Shown piece by piece: positions 51,515 to 64,000 of a stretch of 64,000 bases of DNA. The position numbers and the translations under genes were made by a program. The notes beneath the pieces were generated by a model that worked only from the letters and a program-made list of their open reading frames with translations, was not told the origin of the DNA and searched no databases. The DNA is from Adineta vaga (lineage: Eukaryota; Animalia; Rotifera): positions 8,060,001 through 8,124,000 of the forward strand of contig CP075496.1 in the NCBI GenBank assembly GCA_021613535.1, written 5' to 3'. Numbering within the stretch: the first letter of the stretch is position 1; the number at the start of each line of letters is the position of its first letter.

Positions 51515-54339
51515 TCAGGAATGAGGCATAATAACGCCGACCATTTCATCAACTTGATAGAGTAAATTAGCACTCAATGGAAGTTGATGTCGATCAGATA
51601 TTGGACGAGATCGACACTAAATTAAAAAGTATATTTGAAAATCTGAATGAAGACTGCTGGCAAATCAAGCTTTTCATCAATGCTATTCGTGACACACATG
51701 TCTTATTTCAATTCTATATGTAACAATTAGTCTGGATCAAGTCTATTTAATTGTGTAGTAAACATCCACAGAGTTTCCTCATTAAAGAGTTAAAAATGGT
51801 AACCAATTGTTAACTTATATCTGTCATTTTGATAAATCAAGTTCTATTATTGCCTTACGATTTGTTTAATCTGATGAATGAAGTTCATACTATTCTACTA
51901 TACAATTCATCTGACAAAAATTCCAATAGATCAGAATGAAATCGATCTTCGAGATTTACCACTACGACACGAGATCATATTGACGCCATCAAAAGAAATT
52001 CTATCTTACGTACATAAATATCTATTCGATAAAAAAAATGCAACTTACACTTGTTCCATTAACTCGTTTCTTTTCGAACGAAACGATATTTTTTTCAATT
52101 TTCACAAGATCTCGACTGACATTGATCAATTCATGTTCACTTTTATGTATTTCTCTATTCTTTTCATTCTCTTGGTTTTCACTAAATGATGTCATGGTAT
52201 TAAAATCCCAAACTTTCTTTCTTAATTTTGCCATTAAAGGTATTATATGTGCTTCAGTTGTAAATATATAATGATTAGCACCATGTTGATTCAAATAATT
52301 CTCTTCATCAAATAACTAAATACATATGGAATTATTCATCAGATATAGATTTTGACTTTTTAACCTTACCAAAAAGAGATATTTGCATGTTTCACTTAGA
52401 AAAAATGATTCCATTCGATCTTCTAATGTTTTATCTCGAACATCATGCACAGTAGCAAAACCACATCTATTGATTAATACAAAAAACAAATGGTCACAAT
52501 CAATGATGAATCAAACAATCACTTTCTCCACCTACTCGACTCGTGTATATGCATTTAAATTATCTAGAATATCTCGACCAACATGTAAATAAAATGGATT
52601 TTTAGTTGCTTGATATAGAAAATATGTTGATTCAATAAATTCTGGTCTTAATGGATAAAATAAAACATCAGGCATTTTGATTTGCCAATTGAATCGTTCA
52701 GGTAAAACACCGAATTTTCTCCAAATTGAATAATATAATGCATGTAAACATATTGCTTCATCAATATCACCACGTAAAACTTGTACAGCAGAGAATGATG
52801 CTTGTAAAGCATCAATCCATGTCGTTGCTAATTGTCCTGTGTGCATGTTAACATTTACAAACATTGGATGAATACCATCTTCATCCATACAATTACCTCG
52901 ACTAAAGTTGCAAAGAAAAAAAAAAGAAAACAAATAATTCAAGATAAAATTATATCGAATAAAACCAACCCTCGACGAAGATACTGTGTAACACTTCGAT
53001 ATGCATCATCGAACATCTGTAGATCAGATTCATCACCAAATAAAATGTAATTCTAAATATACGAAGAAGTTTTTCTACTTTTCTTTCTGTTGGTTAAGAA
53101 AATAAAATTTACTTTAAGAAGATATTCAAAAAAAGAATCAATACCAGCACCAAGACCTGATAATTGACCGAGCCATTCACCACTATTGACATCGATTACA
53201 CTACCTAAAATAAATTATGAATCACTCTTGTGCATGTATACAAGTTTCTAAGTTTGAGAAATAGATATTCGAATCTCTCAATGACAATGCCTGAACTAAA
53301 CTATTCATCTTATACATTTAAGATCTCTACAAACCTAATAGTCCTGTAACATTGTTTCTTTTATCCCATAATGAATTAACTGCACGTCGAGCAACTCGTT
53401 CATAAACTGGATCACCGATAAGACGACTTAAAATACTAAATTCTAATGAGAGTGAACCAGCACCAGCTGTTGATGTATCATTTCTTGATCCATCAACAAT
53501 TCCTGTCATTAAATTGACCTAAAATAAAACAATGAAAAATCGTTCTCGTCGATTTTGAATTGCTCATTCGATCAAACCTACACGAGGAAAAGGTAAACCA
53601 TGTGGTGTATTTTCGAAAGCTGGTAATAATCTCGATGCTAAATCATGTGCAAGATTAAGTAGTTCATTATCATAATCTGCTATTGATAAATTTCCAAATG
53701 GTTGTAATGGATCAACAATTAACAAGTGTGCGGAAAGTAATGCACCAAGTACTCTTTTAAAAACGGAACAAATAGATTCTTATCGAAATGTTCATATTAT
53801 CATTCATACCGAATAGTCGCTTCAAATACTTGAATAGTTGAATTTCTATCGAAATGAACATGATCAATAACAAGTTGAACGGCATGTCGAAATTCGGAAA
53901 CATTGCCCATCACAGCTAAAGTATCCAAACTATCAATTAATGTCAATGAAAATTCTCCAAGTACATCATTGATATTATAATTTTCTCTAAGAATAAAACA
54001 AAAAAATTGATTAGAAAAGATCATGATTTGTTCTTTCTTTTTTCTTTTATCCTACGGTCGTTCACTATCTGGTCCACGACCTCGACAATGAATTGGATCG
54101 AGTTCATCTTGTGGAAAGGCATATTTCATATAGTTATCATAGCCAAATTGAAACATTTCTCGTGCTTTCTCTCGATATTGTAAACGTTCCGACCGAGAGA
54201 AATATAAATAATGTTGATAACGTTGTTCATTGGATATTTTCGTAAAATTAATCGTATTATTTTTAATTAATTCACTCGGATGATAAGCAAATGTCAAAAC
54301 AAATAGAATTAAACTGAAGATAAAGATGAGTAAAGCCAT
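51515..54339 (-). CDS. EDEM1: ER degradation-enhancing alpha-mannosidase-like 1 (GH47), multi-exon
   Basis: [73 protein letters not shown]. The end [20 protein letters not shown] resembles the EDEM1 C-terminus. Confidence 0.93.
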
Positions 54340-54790
54340 GAAATATCGTGAATACAAATCTAACTATGGATAAAACTGTTGTTGATAGATAAAAGAATTA
54401 TGAGAAGAACTCACCATCGAATTTTACTTTTAACATTTTATTTTTGTTTCTAAACGCGTCACATTTCGAGCCATTCAATGAATAATTGTTACGTGTCTTA
54501 AGACGAAATGTATTAGAGATGATTCATATTGATATTAGCGACGTCTTTTAATAACAAAAATATATCTAACACACTAGTGCATTGAGGAGAAAGTGAAGTA
54601 CGTAAACATACCTCATAGGATGGTTCAGATTGACAACCAATCACGAATGAGAAAGAAAGATTTCTATTTCTTTATTGTTTATTTTCTTTTTCAAGACAAG
54701 CAAGAAGAAGAATGTTATTAAGATATGAAAATCATCTTTGATTTTTTAGATTAGATCGTTTTCTTTTTATCATAAATCATAGCCCAAATT

Positions 54791-55518
54791 ATGGCACGTG
54801 GACGTTAGTTTATCAAAGATGATTTGATTCTTAAGTTTTTGAATATAAATGAATATTTAGGTTTCGATCAAGCTTCATCACACGTTCAATGGATGGTGAT
54901 TCGTAACAATTCATCATTTTTACAAAAGCGAAAATTGGGCACATTAACAACTGTTCGTTGATGATTATATCTTTTTTCTCTCTTAAATTTGATTGTTATT
55001 GATTTTTAAGGAACCAAACAATTTAAAAAATCGTAATAACTTCCGTTTCAATGGTCTCGTTCACCCAAAAGTTGTTGGTGTCGAAGCTGTTAAAGATGGT
55101 AAAGGTGTTGTTTTTACAACTGGCAGTTCAAAAAGTAAGATTCTGATTCAATTTAATTAAAAGATTTATTCGAAAATTTGATTGTTTTAGATACCCGAAA
55201 ACCAGCCAAGCGTTTTCGTAAAACAAAACTTACCAAGGATTCACGTCGTACATTAACAAGTATTCGACGAACCATTCGTCATACACGTTATCGTAAAGAC
55301 CTTAAAATGGTTAGTTGAATATTGTTTTTTGGTATAATTTAGAAAAGCGAATGCATTCTTGTTTCTTCTAGGCTGCTCTTCGTCGTGCCTCAGCATTACT
55401 TCGTGGTCAACGATTAGCTTTAACAACTGCCACACCAACAGCAACTAGTACTAAACGTTCTGGTAAAAATACAACAACAACAACAACAACAGCAGCTAGC
55501 GCAACAGCTAGTTCATAG
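54791..55518 (+). CDS. RPL28: 60S ribosomal protein L28 (eL28) with Thr/Ala-rich C-terminal extension
   Basis: [19 protein letters not shown]...[18 protein letters not shown]...YRKDLKM|[11 protein letters not shown]. Confidence 0.95.
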
Positions 55519-56002
55519 ATAAACAAATCTAACATTGATGAAACACAAAAAAAAATTTCTTTGTTTTTCTTCATTTTGATGTTTATTAACAACAAAATAT
55601 TTCATGAAAGAACAGAATAAAATATAACAAAAGAAGAGGAATCATTTTCTTTTATTTCAATATCATATTTATCAAAGAAATCAACAAATCATTTTCATAT
55701 GGAATGAAAATATAATTCAAATATTTTGCTATAAAATATATATTATCATTTGAGAAGTTCTAGTCAACTATTTCATTCCGAGATTGTAGATTCTGATCTA
55801 TAGTTGCCTAGAAAAACTTAAAAATGAAATCTTATTTTCGAAATCGTAGTGAAATACAAAATAGTTTGTTAGTTTCATTCATCATCTGTGTACTTGAAGC
55901 ACTTCTTCAATAAATCACATAAACTGCTATTATACAGAGAAAGAAAAAAGAATAATCATATCAATCAAATCAATATGAACGACAAAATCTGTTATATTTA
56001 AG

Positions 56003-58071
56003 TTATGCAATCGATGATGGATGAGTTTGATGACCAACATTTTCATCGACTTCATCTTCTTGAATAATATTAGTGAGTAAAGGTGTTGTTAAAGCATCGT
56101 CTGTTTCATCGAATAAAACGGCAAAGAAAGCCAAAGTACCAAAGAATAAAAAGATTACAACGATCAATGTTTGCCATTGAATTTCTAATGAACCCGCATA
56201 AAAAAATGCTATAGCAGCCATTAATGACTATAAATATGAAAGAGAGAAGATGTTTTTTGGAAATCTTGTTTCACGAATATTTACTTGAACAAGTTTAAAT
56301 ATTGCAAAAGCTGAAGCAGTCGTTTGTTTATAGCGTGTTGCTAAAACATTCATTAGCTAGACAGAGAGAAATCAAGTTCAATCGTTTTAAATGTTATTTT
56401 TTTCGAAAAATTTACTTGAGTATTTAAACTACTATCACCCAAACCAACAACAAATGATCCAGTAAATGTAATAATTTGACTTGTTGTTGAACTAGAAATG
56501 AATAAATTTAGTATATCTAATGAATTTTCGCATTGATCTACCTGAAATCAAAATATGGTTTTGTTGTGGTTTCTTTCGATGCTGCATCGAAAGGAAAATT
56601 AACAAATACTGAGTAATAATAAAACATTTGTAGAATAAAACCGACAAGAACCATTAATGCTCGTTGTGATGAAGTTTTCGGTTTCGTAATAAAACCAAAT
56701 AAACCACCGCCTAGATAAAAAATACAAGATTTCTTATTCTAATGTAACTATCAATATCAAAAATATCTGTAAATCTTTGCGAATGAGATACCATATATAT
56801 ATATATACTGTTCTAATGAAATTTACCTAAGATCTCTCCACATCCAATAAGTATACCATGTAAACCAATCAATCGTTTTCGTGTATCTAAACAAATAATA
56901 CCAATTCAATACATTTTGAATTTTAAAAAAGAAATTAGAATTTCATTTCTACCTCCATATTTAACATAATGTCCAATACATGTAGCAAAAACTCCTTGAA
57001 AAAGTGTATTTGATAAACCTTTGAGAGAAAGTATTTGTAAAGCAATTGAATAAAACAACATATACATTTATCTACCTGAATAAGCAAATGGAACGAGTAA
57101 TAAAAGCATATTTCGTGTTTTTAATAATCTTCCAGCTACTTTTAATGTATGAACGACATCAGTTAATGTACTTTTTTTCTCTTCTACAATACGACTTAAA
57201 GTATCACGATGTTTCTCAACGTACGAACGCCATATGATAAATATAAATATAACTAAACCAACCGCTGATACAATGGAAAAAACCACAAATAATGGAATTC
57301 GCGTAGCTCGATCAATTATCTGAGCTTTCAATGCGATAAAAACATAAATATTTCCAGCCAAAAGACTATTTTGAGGAAAGAAAGACGGATACATATGAAA
57401 ACAACAATCTATCAACCTACCTGACTTGAAATAGAGCCCAAAAGATTCCAGAATTTCGACTGATAGTTAAATCATCGGAATTATTTGCTAAATAAACTCC
57501 TTGTGCTGTCCATAAAACAGCTGCACCGATTCCGATCAATATCGATACAACATAATATGACCATGTCATTGGATAAATGAATGAAAGGACATAAAGACTA
57601 AACATGAAAATAATTCGTCAATATTGTCAATATTCTACATTACTTACAAATAAGTTGATCCACCGAAAAACATCGAAACAGGTGGACCCAGTATCGAAAC
57701 AATAGCAGGTGCAAATACATTTGTCAAGGCAAAGAATGAATATAAAATAGCCATACTAAAATTAATTCATAAAATTCAGATCGATTTTTAGAAGAAAACA
57801 ATAAATTTATCAAAAAATAGACATGAATACTCTTGAAATCTTTACCTGATGTAACCACTTCCATGAAAACTTGTTCCATTCACTGTTTCATTTTTGACTC
57901 CTTCCAGTACACTTTGCTTTAAATAAAAAGAAGTATGTAAAATAATGATGAATCGCTATCAATCTTTGAGAAAAGTGTTCATACCGATATCATACCAGTG
58001 GCTTGGAATGCTGTAAATAAAACCATAAAAGCTAAGCCCAGTAGAAACACATTAATAAATCGATTATCCAT
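56003..58071 (-). CDS. MFSD11: UNC93-like MFS protein MFSD11, multi-exon
   Basis: MDNRFINVFLLGLAFMVLFTAFQ, LIGIGAAVLWTAQGVYL...RNSGIFWALFQ, GLGDSS-like GLGDSSLNTQ, AFAIFKLVQ. Confidence 0.92.
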
Positions 58072-59321
58072 GATTGTTACGTTAATTTTTATCTATGCCT
58101 ATATGAATGAACAAAAGGAGAAGATGAAGAAATGATTTTTTGTTTGAATAAGAGTTGAAACGAAGAGATTACTAATGACCTTCTATAACTCATAGAAAGA
58201 TAAGATTGTAAAAAGAAAAAGACGAAGAACAAGAGTTAAAGAAGTATCTTTGTTAACTGAAGAAACGTTTGATCTTGTCACTGCAAAGATACGTTCATTT
58301 TCTAATTAATACATCCGATAAAATAAGACGTAATTGATATAAAAGCGTTTCTAATTGATGATGAGAAAACAACGATGATCTAACCATGTTTACTCGATAT
58401 TTAATTTCAAGATGAAGAGACATATTTTTTTTAAAATAGATTAGAAAATTATTGTTAACATCAAAAAAGAAAGAAAGTTTAAGAATCAAATGATCGATTG
58501 ATGGTTGAAAAACTGTATGGATGTCCATTGACCAAATAAGAACCAATCAAAAAGCATCTTGTTAATTTCGGTTATTTCTCCGATAGCAATAATGTCTTTC
58601 TATCGTTTTGATAAAAGTCTTAATTTAATGTAAAATTTTCAAAATGAAAGCATTGTAAAACTGCGTAGAATATTTCAAATTTTTCATTTCTTGTAAATAA
58701 TATTTATGATGCAACTATTCATTAACACGATTGCTTAGCAAACGAAGAGATTATTGTATTAAAAACCTTAGCGATGAATTTAGATCGTACATGTATGTAA
58801 TAATAGATTCGATACATATTGATTTCGATAAGTACTCCTATCATTTTATGTAGTGCGAGGATTCGACTATATCTCTTGATTTGAGAGATTATAGATACTA
58901 TGCATAATAAACTGTTATTGACATTCTGTGAGATCTGATGGAGTATTTAGTATATCAATTCATTCTCTTCAATAAACTTATCCGAGAAAGATGCTCCTTT
59001 TTCAAATTAGTATTATTAATCATTATTTTTTTGATCAATAACGCATTGTACTGTTCTCAAAGGATAGTCCAATCTATTCAATATTTGACAAGGTCGACAC
59101 ACTTAACGAAGTAGAAAAAGAGTCATATCAGTCTTAAACATACGAATATTAGATTAAACCAAAGATCGATCTGTAAAACTCACTGTATAGCGTCCTCTGC
59201 TTGAAACTTCTCCACAATTGGTTAGAATCTAACTACTGATGACTGACACAGTTATTCTCTTCTCTGTTTATTCACATTTCAGTCTTGATATTTATCGTGC
59301 AAATCGTATTATTACAAAGAA

Positions 59322-60590
59322 ATGACATCAGGTAAAAAAGAATGTTGCTTTAAGTTTTTATCCACAAATGAAATTCTTTTACTCATTTTGCAATAGACAC
59401 GTCATTATGGATGAAATTTCTTCTCGAATCAGATTTAACAGCTGATCAGAATACTCTTTTACAATATAGTACAGCATTATCCAAACGATTCAAGACAATT
59501 GACAAACTTTTACGTGTTGATGAGAATGAATTGACTGATCTTGGTATAACAAATCAATACGATCGAAATTGTTTAATTCGACAAGCTCATCTATTAGATG
59601 ATAAAGTAATAAATATTCAAATTATATTTTTCAAGAATCTATTTTTGATTTTATTCAGGAAAATTTACCATTAATTAGGCAATCAACAAGTATGTATATA
59701 CTATAAACCGAAAAACAAACTAATTATTCATTACTAATTTTAGTTTCAAATTATGCAAATGAACATTGGCTTAGTAATAATCAATCAACACCAGTCGATC
59801 CACAATCTAAATGTAATCTATCTCCAGCATTACTCTCTCGAATATCGTTTAATGATCGTTAGTAGACTATTTTCTTTACTTAGCTATTCATTGAATGATG
59901 CATTTCTTTTAGATGCTTCATGTGATGAAGTCACACTTATCAATCCAAATATTTCCAGTGAACATTTTTACACACCAAAACGTGTCGATCATAATGAAAA
60001 ACTTCAAACATTAATCGAATCTGGTCAACAACTTACATCACCTACATCAACTCGTGGTATGCGAATGATCAAATCGATTTCGAGTAACTTGATTTGTTTG
60101 TTTGTCATGATCATTAAGAAAGTCTATTGAATATTCGATTAGATTCAATAGCTTTACAAAAGAAAGTTCTTGTTGGTAATGATCGTTTGAAACGACTTAC
60201 TTTACCACGATCATTAATTAAACGACAGACAGCATTACTTACACAAAAAGTATCGAATCTAACCAATAAACTTATAAATCCATTTGCAAAGAAAAACAAT
60301 AAAAACGATTTGAAATTACATGGAAATACAGACAAACAAAATCGAGAAGTTAAAGAATGCAATGAATATCAAAAAGTAGAAGTTTCAGATCGTAATAATC
60401 TACTAACACATCTCGCTGAAATTGAATCCAAACGTACAGGTAGATACGAAAATCGATATACTATTGATAGTTACATTTTTTGATCGTTTTAGTTTCATCT
60501 ACTCAAACATTTCCTAGCCGAAAATTTAAACTTGGTGCACCAACAAAGTTTCTCACACGTTCACTTGCTAATCATGGTGTTAAAGAATGA
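59322..60590 (+). CDS. Protein with an N-terminal SAM-like domain and a low-complexity basic tail
   Basis: MTS|DTSLWMKFLLES...YSTALSKRFKTIDKLLRVDENELTDLGITNQYDRNCLIRQAH is SAM-like. In-phase short introns lead to a stop at 60588-60590. Confidence 0.6.
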
Positions 60591-60717
60591 AAACTTTCTC
60601 CTTTTATTTCATAGTATATTTAAATCTTTCAGTCTTTCATAAATAATTTGTAATACTTATATTTTTTTTTCTTCTCAAACAGTCAGATTTTTTCTTCTAG
60701 ATTTAAATATTTTCTAA

Positions 60718-62589
<1,872 letters not shown>

Positions 62590-62851
62590 AATTATTGTTT
62601 TGTTTTTTATACCTTTTTTTTCAATCTATCTATCCATGAACATTAAAAAATCAAAAAAATTGTTTGATTAAATATATACATATATCAATAATCGTTACTC
62701 CGAATAACGATTTTATTCATGACGAAAAATACCATTCTTTTGCAAAATGCTTATCATTACACACGTGTATATTTCATCCTTTTCTCCTATCAACAACACT
62801 AACTTTCTAATCGCATGTTGTGTGTCATCATTCTATTTACTTTTGTATAGT

Positions 62852-64000
62852 ATGTCGTTTCATATAACAATTATTGGTGGTGGTATTATCGGTTTGACGA
62901 CTGCCTGTACTTTATTGAAAGAATATTCATCAAATTCACATTTACAATTAGTTATCATTAGTGAAACGTTTTCACCCGAAACAACAGCTGATATTTCGGC
63001 AGGCTATTGGGAACCTTATGGACTTGAAACTATCGACGAACGAACACTTCGTTGGGCTGGATATACATATGATATATATGTTAGTGAATTTTTTTCTACA
63101 AAAGCAGCTCGAGCTGGAATTATGAAAATGCCTGCATATACATTATACGGTTTCAATGGTCAGAGTAGAGGTAAAAATATGCTTAAACCAACGTTTTCAA
63201 CACTAGTTCGACATTTCCGAATGTTAAATGAACATGAAATGGGAATGTTTGATCATTTAAATCCAACTTCTGGCTTTGTTATGTCAACAATAGCTGTCGA
63301 AGTTCGTTATTATCTACATGAATTACGTCGTTTTCTCTCACAAGATTCACGTGTGAAATTTATTCATAAGAAAATTTCATCTTTTCACGAATTAAACAAT
63401 CAAACAAATCTAATTGTTAATTGTACTGGTATAGGAGCACGACAACTTGCTAATGATCTAACCGTTCGACCTGCACGTGGACAAGTAATTTGACATTATT
63501 CGTTAATAAACTATTGAAAAATATTTCAATATTTAGGTAATTCGTATTCATGCACCATGGATAAAAGCTGCTTATAATTTTGATACAGATGAAGGTGAAG
63601 GATATATTATACCTCAAGCAAATTGCGTTGTTCTAGGTGGTACATTTCAATTGAATGATTGGAATACGACAATTGTTAAAAGTGATACAAAGAAAATTCT
63701 TCGTATGTGTGCGAAATGTTTACCAGCATTAGAACAAGTTCATCATGGTAAAGTTCAAGTCGGCCTTCGACCTTATCGAGATGATGGTGTACGACTTGAA
63801 CATGAGAAAACAAGTAATGGTATGGATATTATACATTGTTATGGACATTCTGGTTCAGGTGTTACTCTTGCTTGGGGTTGTGCAAGAGATGTTGTGGAAA
63901 TTATGAAAACAATTTTACCCGTTGCTGAATTACAACAATCAGAAAATGAAATACCATTACATGAACAATTATGGCGTTTAGTAGAAAATAAAAATAGTAA
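62852..64000 (+). CDS. D-amino-acid / D-aspartate oxidase family flavoprotein, open to the window end
   Basis: ITIIGGGIIG FAD motif, IVNCTGIGA, PARGQ|V, VLGGT, VGLRPYR, IHCYGHSGSGVTLAWGCA. Confidence 0.92.

Noticed and set aside
3-54339. MANEA and EDEM1 as an N-glycan trimming cluster
   Set aside because: They are more than 50 kb apart with many unrelated genes between.

Overview
AT-rich, gene-dense eukaryotic DNA with many short (about 50-65 nt) GT-AG introns and a tandem array of divergent nuclear receptors. This is most consistent with a bdelloid rotifer (Adineta/Rotaria-like; an inference, not verified). About 21 intact protein-coding genes can be assembled by eye: the 3' end of a GH99 endomannosidase, an ARHGAP20-like RhoGAP, VPS37, VPS11, a CUB-LDLa receptor, an orphan single-pass membrane protein, a Myb/SANT-like protein, a CDGSH protein, RPL36, a secreted Ig/chitin-binding-like protein, TMEM272, a lachesin-like IgSF protein, three nuclear receptors, VKORC1, EDEM1, RPL28, MFSD11, a SAM-like protein, SIRT2 and a D-amino-acid oxidase. 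There are also three pseudogenes (RPB12 and two nuclear receptor remnants). Most interesting: (1) operon-like same-strand gene pairs, with VPS37 ending 35 bp before VPS11 and recurrent polypyrimidine-YAG|ATAA acceptors just upstream of start codons, suggesting SL trans-spliced polycistronic units; (2) a 4-kb inverted-repeat-bounded insert exactly bracketed by a 0.7-0.8 kb direct duplication of a nuclear receptor 3' end, with microhomology deletions in the dead copy; (3) nuclear receptors with non-canonical P-boxes; (4) an Ig-Ig-chitin-binding-Ig-Ig secreted protein; (5) a frame break in the RhoGAP last exon. Exon boundaries were read manually and may be off by a few bases.
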